Of a stretch of 64,000 nt of DNA, positions 1 through 16,171 are shown piece by piece. The stretch is taken from contig OZ024741.1 in NCBI GenBank assembly GCA_964016885.1, forward strand, positions 275,342,001 through 275,406,000, written 5' to 3'. Origin of the DNA: Eledone cirrhosa. Lineage: Eukaryota. A program made the translations under genes and the position numbers. The notes below the pieces were generated by a model. It worked only from the letters and a program-made list of their open reading frames with translations. It had not been told where the DNA came from and made no database searches. Numbering within the stretch: position 1 is the first letter of the stretch; every line of letters begins with the position of its first letter.

Positions 1-173
1 GCTTGCATGGAGAGGGGAGGCTGGTATGCATGGGCGACTGCTGGTTTTCCTCAAACAACCTTGCCCAGACTTGTGCCTCGGAGGGAAACTTTCTAGGTGC
101 AAATCACATGGTCATTCATGACCGAAGGGGGTTTTCTTCATTATATATCTTTTCACTTTTATCTCGTTCACAG

Positions 174-517
174 CTCCGAACCATTACCGACCCAATGAAA
201 AGATAACTCAGTCAAGTTCTGGAAGCATCTTACTCGCCATTTCCATTCCTGTTGTTATGTTAACCATCATCATCGGAGCTATTTTCCTCGGGATACGTTG
301 CCATGGCTGTTGTTCACAGACTCCACATAGCTCCAATCATCAGCATGTACAGCATCTACCTGTACCAACAAACACTACCCACCACGAATACCCAGTCAGT
401 TACCCACAGATGTCTGGTTACCATACTCCAAATATTCACGCCGGATCCAGCAGTATGTCAGGCAGTTCTGGTTGTCGTGTCGCATCTTCCTCCTTACCTC
501 CGCTCCGCACACACTAA
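174..517 (+). CDS. Terminal coding exon of a type-I single-pass membrane protein (gene starts upstream of window)
   Basis: Pyrimidine-rich acceptor ttttatctcgttcacag (AG 172-173), phase-1 entry. Open frame [46 protein letters not shown]...PPLRTH*: a ~23-aa hydrophobic TM segment, juxtamembrane Cys cluster and Tyr-containing tail. Confidence 0.65.
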
Positions 518-609
518 CGGAGGAACGCAAACAAAAGACTGAAAGACTCTTCTTATCAACAAACAGTGGCTGGGTTATGGTGCACACACATATACACAAT
601 CACACAAAT

Positions 610-629
610 TATATATATACTGATATATT

Positions 630-690
<61 letters not shown>

Positions 691-751
691 TTGTATATAT
701 GTATATATATATGTATATATATATATTTGTATATATATGTATGTATATTTG

Positions 752-784
<33 letters not shown>

Positions 785-891
785 GTATGTATATATGTAT
801 ATATATGTATATATATTTGTATATATGTATTTGTAAATATATAAATGTATACATATATATTTGTATATATATAAATGCATATATATATTTG

Positions 892-923
<32 letters not shown>

Positions 924-1455
924 CACATATACACATGGCAGGGCCACTATCTGTGACACAGACAGGCTCCATTTTATCATTAACTCTTAATGTCCTGTAC
1001 CACATGAAACCGCATTAACAAGACATCCTTGAAAAATATATAACAAAAACAAAACACCACTATGACAGCACCACATTAAAAATTGAAGTCTTTACTCTAA
1101 TATTGCAACTTTTCACAACAATCTGTCCAGTAGTAAAGATACTATAAACATTTGAATTGACAAACCAAAAAACGTTTTTTTTTTCATATAGCTATTTTCT
1201 GCTAAATCATTACAGGATGTAAAAGAGTTCAAACTGCTGATATTAACCAAATATTTTGGAGGACAGTATTTCAAGAATACTCCTCTCTTGCCAAAACTCC
1301 TGTCTTAAAGGGAGATAATCATGTGAAGGAATGAAACAAAAAAAACAAACTGTCAAACAATTTTTTTTTATTTCTGGAACTTACTACAGATGATAAACAC
1401 ACAGAAACTGTGACATTATATACACTAACTGTATGTATATACATATATAATGTAT

Positions 1456-1486
<31 letters not shown>

Positions 1487-1489
1487 CAC

Positions 1490-1524
<35 letters not shown>

Positions 1525-1578
1525 AACAACTAAAGTTGTGTATATAGAAACATATTTTAATATGTGTATATATATATA

Positions 1579-1621
<43 letters not shown>

Positions 1622-1720
1622 ATATATATATATATGCATGTATGTACATACACATATCTATCTGTACACACTCAAATACATATGTTCATATGCATGTATA
1701 TATATATATATTCATACACT

Positions 1721-1752
<32 letters not shown>

Positions 1753-1861
1753 CATGCATATACATATAAACAAACACACACATATGTATATACATATATA
1801 TATATATATATACTTGCATATACATATAAACACACACACACATATATGTACATACATATAC

Positions 1862-1937
<76 letters not shown>

Positions 1938-2189
1938 GCATATACATATAAACACACACATATATGTACATACATATACATATGTACAAATATCTGCATT
2001 ACAATTTGCAAACGAGAGAAAGCTGTACTCATTGCATGTACCAGAGTTTATATGTGTGTGCGTGTGTATGTCTTTCTGTATAAATATGTTTATGCATGTG
2101 TACATATATGTGCATGCATGCATACTTACACATATTCAAACCACACACCACATACATATATGTACACCCACACACATGTATATATATAT

Positions 2190-2237
<48 letters not shown>

Positions 2238-2412
2238 ATATATATATACACACATATATACATATACATATATATATGTATATGTATATATACGCATACA
2301 TATATATATATACACACACATATATATATATATATATACACATACATATATATATATACATATATATATGTATGTGTATGTGTATATATGTGTGTATATA
2401 TATATATATACA

Positions 2413-2474
<62 letters not shown>

Positions 2475-2520
2475 GGAATACTGTTGGTTTCTTGCTACAA
2501 TAACTTCTATACTTTTCATT

Positions 2521-2554
<34 letters not shown>

Positions 2555-2575
2555 TGTGTATATATATGTATATAT

Positions 2576-2606
<31 letters not shown>

Positions 2607-2730
2607 CATATATGTATATATATATATATATATACACACATATATACACACACACATATATATATATATATATACTACACATACACATATATATATATTT
2701 GCATTATACATATATATGTACATACATTAA
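610..2730. repeat. (TA)n/(CA)n/(TACA)n microsatellite fields
   Basis: Long pure and interrupted dinucleotide tracts; source of the YIYIYI pseudo-ORFs. Confidence 0.95.
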
Positions 2731-2904
2731 AATATTTTGGTAGAAAATATGCAAATATACATGACAGAAGAAACTATTTTCAGGCATCGAATTCTTCCCC
2801 CTACCCCCTCCCTGCCCATTGTCACCTCGGCCAAAATTCTACGGAATATTTTATTTTACAATATTTTCTGGCTTTGTGGAGTCTTTGATAAACTTCATCT
2901 TGGT

Positions 2905-4460
2905 ACCACAAATACATACATACACATAGATCCACCACAAATACATACATACACATAGATACACCACAAATACATACATACAAAATAAATAAACCACAAA
3001 TACATACATACACATAAATACACCACAAATACATACATACACATAAATACACCACAAATACATACACATAGATCCACCACAAATACATACATACACATAA
3101 ATACACCACAAATACATACATACACATAAATACACCACAAATACATACATACACATAAATACACCACAAATACATACATACACATAAATACACCACAAAT
3201 ACATACATACACATAAATACACCACAAATACATACATACACATAAATACACCACAAATACATACATACACATAAATACACCACAAATACATACATACACA
3301 TAAATACACCACAAATACATACATACATATATATACACCACAAATACATACATACACATAAATACACCACAAATACATACATACACATAGATACACCACA
3401 AATACATACATACACATAGATACACCACAAATACATACATACACATAAATACACCACAAATACATACATACATATATATACAACACAAATACATACATAC
3501 ACATAAATACAACACAAATACATACATACACATATATACACCACATATACATACATACACATATATACACCACAAATACATACATACACATATATACACC
3601 ACATATACATACATACACATATATACACCACATATACATACATATAAATACTACACAAATACATACATACACACATATACACCACAAATACATACATATA
3701 TACAACACAAATACATACATACACACATATACAGCACAAATACATATATATATACACCACAAATACATACATATATATACAACACAAAAACATACATACA
3801 TATATATATACAACACAAATACATACATACACATAAATACAACACAAATACATACATACACATATACAGCACAAATACATACATACACACATATACACCA
3901 CAAATACATATATATATATAGCACAAATACATATATACACATATATACACCACAAATACATACATATATACAGCACAAATACATACATATACACCACAAA
4001 TAGATACATTCATATATATATATACACCACAAATACATACATACACACATATACACCACAAATACATACATACATATACAGCACAAATACATATATACAT
4101 ATATATACACACAAATACATACATACACACATATACAGCACAAATACATACATACATATATATACACCACAAATACATACACATATACACCACAAATACA
4201 TACACATATACACCACAAATACATTCATACATATACACCACAAATACATACACATATACACCACAAATACATACATACATATACACCACAAATAGATAGA
4301 TACACATAAATACAGCACAAATACATACATACATATATACAGCACCAATACATATACACACATACACCATATGCATACATACACATACCTACCACAAATA
4401 CATACACACCATACACCACAATTTCATACATCTACCAATAATACATACACACACACAGAG
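2905..4460. repeat. ~29-bp minisatellite (cacaaatacatacatacacataaatacac) degenerating rightwards
   Basis: Directly visible tandem units, most homogeneous around 3090-3310. Confidence 0.9.
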
Positions 4461-5585
4461 ACATAAACAGACATACACACATAAACACTACCACCACCAC
4501 CACCAATACACATACACCCATACCTTCTCATATTGTCATTTTAATCATTTCAGACTTTCAATAGCCCTTAGCTCCTTTCATGCCAACCTGGCTGAAGCCC
4601 TCCCTGCTACTATGTTATAAAACTGTTGTAAAATGTTTATATTTATCTAAAAACCTTCCATCATAATTTTATGTAAGAACCTCTGTTAAGTTATGTTCCA
4701 AACCCCAGTTTAATAATGAGAAAGTTATATTACTAAATCCCTCCAAATTCTTGATTATTTTCAAAATTATTTGAAACCATTAGAACTATGGTAATGAAAG
4801 GGTTAAAGTGATTATATTTTTTTAAAAACCTTTTATCATAATTTTAAGCAAGAACCTCTGTTAAGTTATGTTCCAAACCCCAGCTTAATAATGAACGAGA
4901 AAGTTATATTACTAAATCCCTCCAAATTCTTGATTATTTTCAAAATTATTTGAAACCATAGAGAGTGTCTTTCATTAGAAATATGGTAGCCAAAGGGTTA
5001 AGGATACATAATAACACACAAAAACCATGTGCTTACTTTTCATATATTTTCTCAATATTACCATCCATTAAGGCGCTTGATTTAGCAGAGTGTTTAAAGC
5101 ATTGGAAATATGTTCCAGGTCTCTGCATTCTGAGTTCAAATCCCACCGAAGTCAACTTTGCCTTTTATTCTTTCAGTGTTGATAATGAAAATACCAGTTG
5201 AGTGATGGTACAGCCCATTTCTCAAGCTGTTTCTCCTTCTAGGATGTTTTGCTTGATCAAGCGTGGGTGAATCATGAGAGTGTCAGTGTCTACTCTTTAC
5301 TGAAATCGTGGTTCCAATCTACCAAGTCATACTCCATACTTTTTCTTTTTAAGAAGAGTCATGAAACCATTAGGTGGCAGATAGAATGCTTTGCAGTGTT
5401 TGTTATGGCTCTCCGCTCTCTGAGTTCAGACCCCACCAAGGTCAACTAAATAAAAGTACCAGTCTAGTACTAGGGTTGATTCGTCCTCTATATCTTTTTC
5501 TCATTTCCATTCTCTCACTCTTTCTACCCTTCTCTGGAAGAAATCTATTGTATTCAAACCTGGAGAGGAATGGGCTCTGCCAGGT

Positions 5586-5804
5586 TTAACCCTTTAGCAT
5601 TTACATTACTCTATATATACTGTTGTATTTTCATGGTAAAAGCTTTACCTCACATAATTATCTCATATAATATTGAATCTATGATATTTTGATATTATTT
5701 ATTTTGAGAAAAATACCTTAACATAAGTATAAGTGGCCAGTTTGAACAGAAAGAGATGAGAGAGTTCTGGCCGGATATGACTGGTTTAAATGCTAAAGGG
5801 TTAA
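5586..5804. mobile_element. TTAA-flanked MITE (piggyBac-like termini); further copies at ~48467-48697 and ~61638-61865
   Basis: TTAA-CCCTTTAGCATT ... AATGCTAAAGGG-TTAA terminal inverted repeats in all three copies, with similar internal sequence. Confidence 0.8.
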
Positions 5805-6457
5805 AAATGCCCTAGTAAAACCATGTTACTACAGTGCCCCTACGACTCCATCAGGAGTTACGAGACTAAAGAAGCATGACACCATTGAACTACGTACCTT
5901 CATATTTGTTCCGACTCCCTTTCCCTTTCATTCTTTCCATAAATAAAGTACCCCCACCCTAACCTAATCCCCAATGACTTGGATTGGTGCAATTGTTAAA
6001 ACTTCAGTATCTTGTAATATCTGCTCCTGCTCTGTGGACTCAAATTCTAACAAAGTCAACTTTACGTTTTATTTTTTCAGGGTCAATAAAAGCAGTGGAT
6101 TGGCAAGGTCAGTAGAGCGTCGGACAACATGCTTTGTGGCATAGAGTTACGACCCTTTACATTCTGAGTTCTACTCCCACCAAGGTTGGCTTTGCCTTTC
6201 ATGCTTATGGCATCAATAAAATAAAGTACCAGTAATGCACGGTGATAATTGCTGGCCTTGTGCCAAAAGTAGAAACAATTATTTCAGGGTCAATAAATAA
6301 AGTACACTCACCTCCCCCGACAACTCCTCCCAATTGGCGTTCGATTGGCAAAAATGTTAAAACTTGAGGCAGGTTTGCAGTACCTATCCCTCCTTTCTGT
6401 CAGTTCTGAGTTCATATCTTGCCCCCTATCACTGGAAATACAGTGATGCTTCCAACA

Positions 6458-6725
6458 GTAGTTGTGACCAACAGATAGTATCAGCAATGGAAAGACCAAT
6501 GGAAGCATTGATTCCTTGGTCTGATCTGATAATCAGCTCCTTTGTTCTGCCAGGAGTAGTGACCAACAGATAGTATCAGCAATGGAAAGACCAATGGAAG
6601 CATTGATTCCTTGGTCTCATCTGATAATCAGCTCCTTTGTTCTGCCAGGAGTAGTGACCAACAGATAGTATCAGTAATGGAAACATCGAATTTCCTTGAT
6701 CTGATCTGAAGATCAGCTTCTTTAA
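6458..6725. repeat. 95-bp tandem duplication, ~2.7 copies
   Basis: tgaccaacagatagtatcag recurs at 6465, 6560 and 6655. Confidence 0.9.
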
Positions 6726-6923
6726 TATGAAGTGTCAAATGTTAGTGACCAAGTTGCTGATGTCTGATGAAACTTATTGACACTTTGTAATAGACAGCAC
6801 TACAAAAAATATATATGAAAAGTGAATATAACAATTTTTGTGTGCCCTTATATGGTTAAAATGACTTTTCTACAATGTAAGTGCTTCAGTTTCAATCACT
6901 TGCCAAACAAGTACAACACATGA

Positions 6924-6958
<35 letters not shown>

Positions 6959-7128
6959 CGTATGTATATATATTTATATATACATATGTATGTATATATA
7001 TTTATATATACTTATATATGTATGTATGTATATATATTTATATATACATATGTATGTATGTATATTTATATATACATATATGTGTATGTATGTATATATA
7101 TTTATATATATATATGTATGTATGTATG

Positions 7129-7197
<69 letters not shown>

Positions 7198-7238
7198 ATA
7201 TATATAAATATATATACATATACATATGTACATATATA

Positions 7239-7314
<76 letters not shown>

Positions 7315-8032
7315 TATATGTAGACATATATGTAGATATAAATATCTGTATAGATATATATATAAATATATTAGTATAATATATATTTTTATACACATGT
7401 ATATAAATAGACATCATAATCATATAAGTGTATATTAAATATATATTTATATGTATATATTTATGCAACTGTGTGTTTCTGTATACATGTATGTTTGTAT
7501 ACTTATATCCACATAAACTTATGTTTATGTAATGTGAAGGTATATATGTGTGTGTGTGTGTGTATAGACCAGTCTGTAAATGTGTGTAAATATACACTGA
7601 TATAGAGGCACTATGATATACATATATATCTATATATATGTATATGTGTATATATATAAATATATATCATCATCATCATCATCATCGTTTAACGTCTATC
7701 TTCCACGCTAGCATGGGTTTAGACGGGAATTGTCCCACGTGAGGCAAGATTTGTTGTCTTGCTCGTATAGGACTATCTGGCGGGTTTTCTACGGCTGGAT
7801 GCCCTTCCTAACACCAACCACGTTTACAGTGTTGACTGGGAGGTTTTTACCGTGTTACCTACACGGACACATTACAGCGTGGACTGTGTTTTTTTTGTTG
7901 TGACACCTACACGACCTTATTTATTTAGGACTGGATGTTGTGGCACCAACATAACTTTACAGAGAAAGGGGTGGTGTAGATGGGATGTATTTTTGGTTAG
8001 GAGGTGCCTACTGACTAGGTTTCACTTTGTAC

Positions 8033-8525
8033 TTAGGCAAGGTGGGTCTTCTGTATTACTGCGTAGCGCCAAAGATCTCGGTCCAGTGACATTGTCTTAG
8101 AGAGGTGCAAGTGTGTAAGGTCGGAATTTATCAAATTGTCCCAGGTTTTTCTGGGTCTGCCTACTCCGTAGCTTCCATCTATTTTGATCGCCCTGCACTT
8201 TTTTATACAGCTGTCATCTTTCATGCTCATCACGTGACCGTACCAACGTAGTCTTCTCTCGAGTAAACATCTGGTCCCTCTTATTCCTAATTTCTCACTT
8301 AGTTCATTTATGCTTTGCTGTTCACGTATATTACTATTACACATCCAACGGAGCATGCAAGCTTCATTCCTCTCAAGTCTGCGCAGGTCCTCTGCACACA
8401 ATGCCCATGTCTCACTGCCATTGTAACATTGCTGTTCGTATACAGGCATCATACAGCCTGCCTTTCATTTTTAGGGAGAAACTTTTAGCGGCTAATAGTG
8501 GTATAAGCTCTCTGAACTTTTTCCA
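8033..8525 (-). mobile_element. RTE-clade LINE 3' fragment
   Basis: Translation GSETW...RRLERNEACMLRWMCN...RRLRWYGHV...GRPRKTW is typical of the RTE ORF C-terminus. Confidence 0.85.
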
Positions 8526-8532
8526 TATATAT

Positions 8533-8610
<78 letters not shown>

Positions 8611-9014
8611 TAGGTAATTCCGAAGAAAAAGCGAAGGAAAAAAGAGTGCTCTATGTATAGAACAGAGCTATTTAATTAGAAAGTGAACAACACAAAATAT
8701 AACTACTCGATTACCAAAAGTTTCTGGATCCCAGACAATATTAATATACGTCTGGATCATTCATCTGATGAACAATCCAGTCATATGTTAATATTGTCTT
8801 GGGTTATATATTGTGTTATTCACTTTCTAATTAAATATATATGTGCGTGTGTTTGTCTGTATCTAGATATGGCTAATCATAAGGCAGGCTGCACTATGAA
8901 TAAATGTTATTTTCCTCATAAAATTCAATGCACCATTTAGAAAGTCAAATAATTTGTTCAAGACTGATGGAGATAAATAGTTTATATACATATGTATATG
9001 TATGTGTATATATG

Positions 9015-9055
<41 letters not shown>

Positions 9056-10334
9056 TGTATCTCAGGTTCAATCAGGGGTAACCACAGTAAGTAAGGTACT
9101 CAATACATAGGAGAGTATAGATATTTAATATAGAAATACCTTCTACAAAACTAGAACTGTTTCATTTGAAGGAAATCATCAGGAAACAGTTCTAGTCATG
9201 TAGAAGCCATTTCTATATTAAAAACCATAAACCATCTCAATTCTACTTTTGAAAAGCATAAGAACTGTGAAACCGGTTAAGGAAACAAATAAATATTCTT
9301 AAAAAGACTCCAGTTTCATTTTCGATTTCTTTTCCTTATATATATGTATATATATATATATATATATAAAAGGTAAAAAGAAATAACAAAACAATTGGTA
9401 CAGTATATGGAAGGAATATATTAATTTAATGCTTGAAATAGCAGGAAGAGGGTCTTAACGTTTCTGTCACTGGTCAGAAGAAAGAATGAAATATTTAAAA
9501 AATTGCGGGCACACATCTATATACTTATATGTGTGTGTGTGTGTATGCGTGCATGTGTGTGAATATCCTCAAGATTTATGTCTGTTTGTCCAAGTTTGGA
9601 TGGGTTGATCTGGTCTTCTCCCTCACAACATCTCACCACATGTTCTGGTCCTTTGTCATACCCCACCCTACCTTCATGATATTCACCATGCTAAGATAAG
9701 CCTTCACTACTTCTTTGCATGTTTTTTTTTCTAAGTCTTCCTCTTCTTCAGCTTTCTTCCACATGGATTACTTGGCACTTCTTAACACCAACATCATCCT
9801 CCATATACATAACATGTCCCTACCAGTGTTTTGCTTGATCAGGTGTGGGTGAATCATGGGGGGGGGGGTTCATTGTACATGAAAACCTTAGTGAAATTAT
9901 GGTTCCAATCTACCAAGTCATACTCGATACTCTTTTTTTGTTTTTTCAAGAAGAGTCATGATACCATTGGACTACATACCTTCATATTTGTTCCAGCTCC
10001 CTTTACCTTTCCTTCTGTACCAGTGTTATCTCCCTTGCATATCACATTTAATTCCTCTTATACCTAGTATTTTTTTAATTATTCCAGCCCATCTGTGTTC
10101 TGTTGTTCATACACACATACACACTATCACTACACATCCACCAGAGCATGCTTCCCTCATTTTTTAAATCCAGCCTTTGCATATACTCCACATTCGGTGT
10201 CCTTGCTTTGCTACCACGCAACATCGCACTTTGTACATAAGCGTCATACAATCTGCCCTTCGCTCAGATAATCCCGTTCTTGCCGACAAAGGTAGCTAGC
10301 TCACCGAACATTTTTCCAGCCCATTTTTACTGTA

Positions 10335-10370
<36 letters not shown>

Positions 10371-11130
10371 CGAGGTGATATCAAAACACTCCCAGATTAG
10401 TTATGTCTAAAAAAAAAACTAATATATTTACCTAAGTTTTAACATCAGCTCCTTCAAAATAGTCACTTTGTGCAGCAATGCACCAGTCCTAGCATTCCTG
10501 CCACTTTTGGAATCCAGCCTGGATGTTCGTTTTCTGTAAGCAAGTCAAAGACCTTCTGTGATTCGTTCTGGATCTTGGCAACTGTGTTAAAATGGTGACC
10601 TTTGAGCTGCATTTTCAGCTTTGGAGAAAAGATGGAAGCATGCATTGTCTTCATGAATAATCCAATTCTTCACGCTCCACAGATCCTGTCGCTTTCGCCA
10701 AACATCCTCCTTCAAACACCTCAAAACATCTGACAATCCTCATGCACAAGCTGACTAATTTTATCCCCATTTCCGGAGGTGACGCTCGTGGCAGGTTTTC
10801 CAGATCGCTGTCCAGGGACATTCTTCTGCTTTTAAAGTGCTCATGCCTCTTGAAACATTGCGTATGACCCATTGCCAAAGCATGCTCAATGTCTTTGTAG
10901 CAGACTTCCCAAGCTGAATGCAAAATTTCAAACTTCCTGTTAATGACAAAATCGCAGGCTACAGCATACATCTGATCACAAAATTCACAACTTGCAAAGT
11001 AAACACAGAGATATCACTCATCACACTGGTGCATGAAGGTCACTGCTAGCTCTCATTGAGTGCATAACCATGTGTTGCCATCTGTTGGTGTGCTACAGAA
11101 CTAGTCCAGAAACTTTTTGATACCACCCCG
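10371..11130 (-). mobile_element. Degenerate mariner DNA transposon
   Basis: TA-flanked imperfect TIRs (cgaggtgatatcaaacactccca... / ...gaaactttttgataccaccccg). Minus-strand remnants KFCIQLGKSATKT and FSPKLKMQLKGHHF resemble mariner transposase. Confidence 0.75.
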
Positions 11131-12689
11131 TATATATAAATATTTAGTTATTTATTAAAATAACAGATTAAAGTTTAAGCAAAGAATCGCTGCTTTCATC
11201 CTTAACGGGTTCTTCTGAAACTAAAATGAATAAAACTTTAATCTGTTATTTTAATAAATATTTGCTCTAGGGTTCTTGTATATTTGATATATATTTATCC
11301 TTATCAAGCCCTCTTTGGATTTTAGTCTTCACATTTATTATTATTACTATATATATTGATCCCTCAAACCAACCCTTATCACTGCCTCAAATCAATCAAT
11401 ATTTCCGTCCCTTGGTGCTTTCTTATTCACATTACGGCCCTTGCTATTCTGAGTTCAAATCCCACCGAGGTTAACTTTGCCTTTCATCCTTACGGGGGTC
11501 GATAAAGTAAAGTACCAGTAATGCACTGAGTAATTGCTGGCCTTGTGCCAAAAAGTAGAAACAATTATCTGTCTTTAACTGAAGGTTTTTACTTTCACCC
11601 ATGTCTTCCTAGCTTCCTCCATCCTTTAGAAGTCCATCATGGAGTCACAGTAGTGGTTCAAGTGAGACATATATATATATATATATATATAAATGTGGTT
11701 GGTGTTAGGAAGGGCATCCAACTAAGATCCCCGGCCAAATTTACAGTCCTTGTCAGAGCAAGGTACAGCATGGCCAATTCTCGCCAGTCTTGTCTCCCAA
11801 CGTAGACAACCCATCTAACCCATGCAAGCATGGAAAAATGGACACTAAATAATGATGATATATATAGATATATATATTTATTTTGCAAGAGTTGTTTTGA
11901 TAGACTATATAAATGTATATCTGTATTTTTAACCGCTGGTCAATCAATGATAAACATTGATTGCCAAATAAATTAACTATGGAGACATAAAAGATACAGA
12001 AGTGAAAACCAACCAAACAGTGAGTGTGTTCTGTTATTATTTCTGGCAATATTATAACAATATGACCCTCCCCTATATATATATATATACACACACACAT
12101 ATGTAAATTTGTCAGAATATGCATAACATCTCAATGAAAAGAGATCATTGAAAAAATCTCATTCAGAGAAGCAAATACATATAGAACATCTTATACAAAA
12201 TCACTGGAGGTTAGATTACTGTTGAAGCAACTCTCTCTAGGTATAAAAAAGTTATCCTTAATGCAGTTTCAAAATCCAAAGAATAATGGATGGCTTTTCA
12301 ATAGATTGATATGGTCATTGTTAACAAAATGGACCTCTCTTCAGAGGATTTTATTCTGTAAGAAATAATAAAAAATATATATCCCCATTAATAGATATAT
12401 ACACATATATAAATATATATATATCATCATCATCATCATCATCATCATCACCAATTATCATTGACATCTTTATTTGCATTTTATGTCTGATTTTCCATGT
12501 TGGTATGGGTTGGATATGTCTATTTCCTTGCCGTCTTTCACCACAGTTCAACTGTCTACCCATGTCTTCCTCATTTTCAGCTTCCTTCCATGTAACATCG
12601 TTTGTTACATTTATATTCATCCCATATCTGTACCATTGCAACTTTCTCTCTTTACACTACATCTGATTCTTCCTATACCCAGTCTTATT

Positions 12690-13075
12690 TCCTCTTATAC
12701 CCAATCTAATTCCTCTTATTCTTCCTATACCCAGCCTTATTCTTCCTATATCCAATCTATATCCTCCTATACCCAGTCTAATTCTGCTTATACTCAGTCT
12801 AATTCCTCCTATACCCGGTCTAATTCCTCCTTATACCCAGTCTGAATCCTCCTATACCCAGTCTAATTCCTCCTATACCCGGTCTAATTCTGCTTATACT
12901 CAGTCTAATTCCTCCTATACTCAGTCTAATTCCTCCTATACCCGGTCTAATACCCAGTCTGAATTCTCCTATACCCAGTCTAATTCTTTTCATACCCAAT
13001 CTGATTCATCCTATACCCAGCCTGATTCTTCTTATACCCAGTATAATTCCTTTTATTCTTCCTATATCCAACAAA
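12690..13075. repeat. ~21-bp minisatellite (tcctcctatacccagtctaat) grown inside an RTE fragment
   Basis: Tandem units visible; flanks at ~12470 and ~13100-13450 resemble minus-strand RTE 3' sequence. Confidence 0.8.
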
Positions 13076-13689
13076 ATTGTCTCTCAGTTTATCTCCTCTC
13101 TGTCCTTCACGCAAGCTTACTATTCACATCCAACGGACCATTCTCATCTTGTTTCCTCTCAGCCTTCACATAAACTCTAAAGCAGACACCATGTTTGTTA
13201 CTCTGCCATGCAATATCACATTTTGTACACAACTGCATCATACAATGTGCCCTTCACTCTGAGTGAGAGAGACAGAGAGTTAAAGAGAGAGACAATGAAT
13301 GAGAGTTAGAGAGAGAAGGATAGAGAAAAAGAGTGAGTGAGAGTTAGAGAGAGAGGGGGATAGAGAAAGAGAAAAACTTTTGATTGCCAACTGATGTAAC
13401 ACAGTAAGAGATTCCCTAAACTTTTTTCCATCCTATCCTAACCCTGATCCTGCCTATACACATGTCATGTCGAGATAATCCAGTGAAAGACAAACAACAT
13501 ATTGTAGAGGTAAAAGTCTAGTAACAGAGTACTAGATATTTCTATAACTGGTTTCAGAAGGAGCTTCAGTGTGGTTACAGTAAGCAAGTAATACATGGTT
13601 CAATCCCTCTTACTGTCTTTGATAATCTGAGTCAGTATTGACATACTTACAAGCATGTAGAGTTTCATATTATATATTATTGAAATATA

Positions 13690-14772
<1,083 letters not shown>

Positions 14773-16132
14773 AAAATATTTGAAAGATATATTTAAAAAG
14801 AGAAAAAAGATTTTCTATAAGAATATTGTTGATTTTAAGCTTTCTTCAAGTGGAAAAAAAATTTATGTAAAAAAAAAAAGCGTTTGTTTATATGTGATTA
14901 TTATATATACATGTGTATATAGACTATATATATATGTGTATGTCTATTTATATATACATATATATGAACAATGTACAAAACTGAATTTTCGGCTTTTGAA
15001 GCACTGAGAATATATGTATATATATAAGTATAAAGAAAGTGCTCCAGTGTAGAAATGCTAAAAAGATGGCTTTTAAAATAGTGTGAGGGCCCTTAAAAGC
15101 TGGTATCTGGAAGATATTGGGTTCGGTTCCTTATAGCAGCCAATGGCAACTTCTTTTTCCGTCTTTTATAAGCTATCTTCACCTTATTTTATAAGCTATC
15201 TTTATAGCATTTCTACGCTAGAATACTTTCTTTTTACTTATATATATATATTTATACATACATATATATTGATACATTTTATACAGTTGTATATATTATA
15301 TTTATATACATACTCACATAAAATATGGAAGACGATATATATTTTCATATAAATATATATGTATGTATTTTCTTGTGTGTGTGTGTATAAATCCATATAT
15401 GTATATGCATATGTGTGTATGTGTATATATATGTATATATATAAAATATATATACACATGAATATATAGTAAAGTATGTCCATGTTTCACATTTATTTAT
15501 CAATTTCAAAATTGTTTTTTTTTATATTATTTTAACTAAAAACTTTTAAAAAGAAACATTTGTGTTTGTTATTATTAATTACTGTAATTATTATTATTAT
15601 CGGTGGATTGGCAGTATCAGTAAAGGGTCGGACGCTATGCTTTGCAGCATAGAGTTACGTCCCTTTACGATCTGAGTTCAAATCTTGCCAAGGTTAACTT
15701 TGCCTTTCATCCTTACAGGGTCAATAAAATAAAGTACCAGTAATGCACTGGGTTAATTACTGGCCTTGTGCCAAAAATAGAAACATCATCATCATCATCA
15801 TTTCATTTTACGTCCACTTTTCCCTGCTTGCAAGGGTGGGATGGGAACTGATTCTGGCTTGATTTCTACAGCTGGATGCCCTTCCTAACACCAACCTCAT
15901 TTACAGTGAGTGCTGGGTGCTTTTTTGCCGTGGCACCTCCACGACCACTTTGCAGTGGAATGATAGGGACCCCAGTCCCTATCATCTTATTTCTACAGGT
16001 GAGTAAACTGGAGCAATGTGAAATAAAGTGTCTTGCTCAAGGAAACAACACATCACCCGGTCTGAGAATTGAACTCACAACCTTTTGATTGCAAGGCCAA
16101 TGCTCTATCCACTAAGCCATGTGCCTCCAATA

Positions 16133-16170
<38 letters not shown>

Positions 16171-16171
16171 G

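Noticed and set aside
472-4431. Many long ORFs (up to 457 aa) rich in Y/I/C/V/M
   Set aside because: They are translations of (TA)n/(CA)n microsatellites and a 29-bp minisatellite, with no real coding signal.
6760-6785. CTGATGAAAC as a hammerhead core
   Set aside because: No room for stem II and no supporting stems; chance match.
12120-12360. Strong minus-strand acceptor (tttcttacag) suggesting a coding exon
   Set aside because: All three frames close within ~60 nt; there is no partner exon or homology.
14990-15245. TA-flanked inverted repeat as another ribozyme cassette
   Set aside because: The arms are real (~15024-15080 / ~15185-15245) but I could not build a credible catalytic core.
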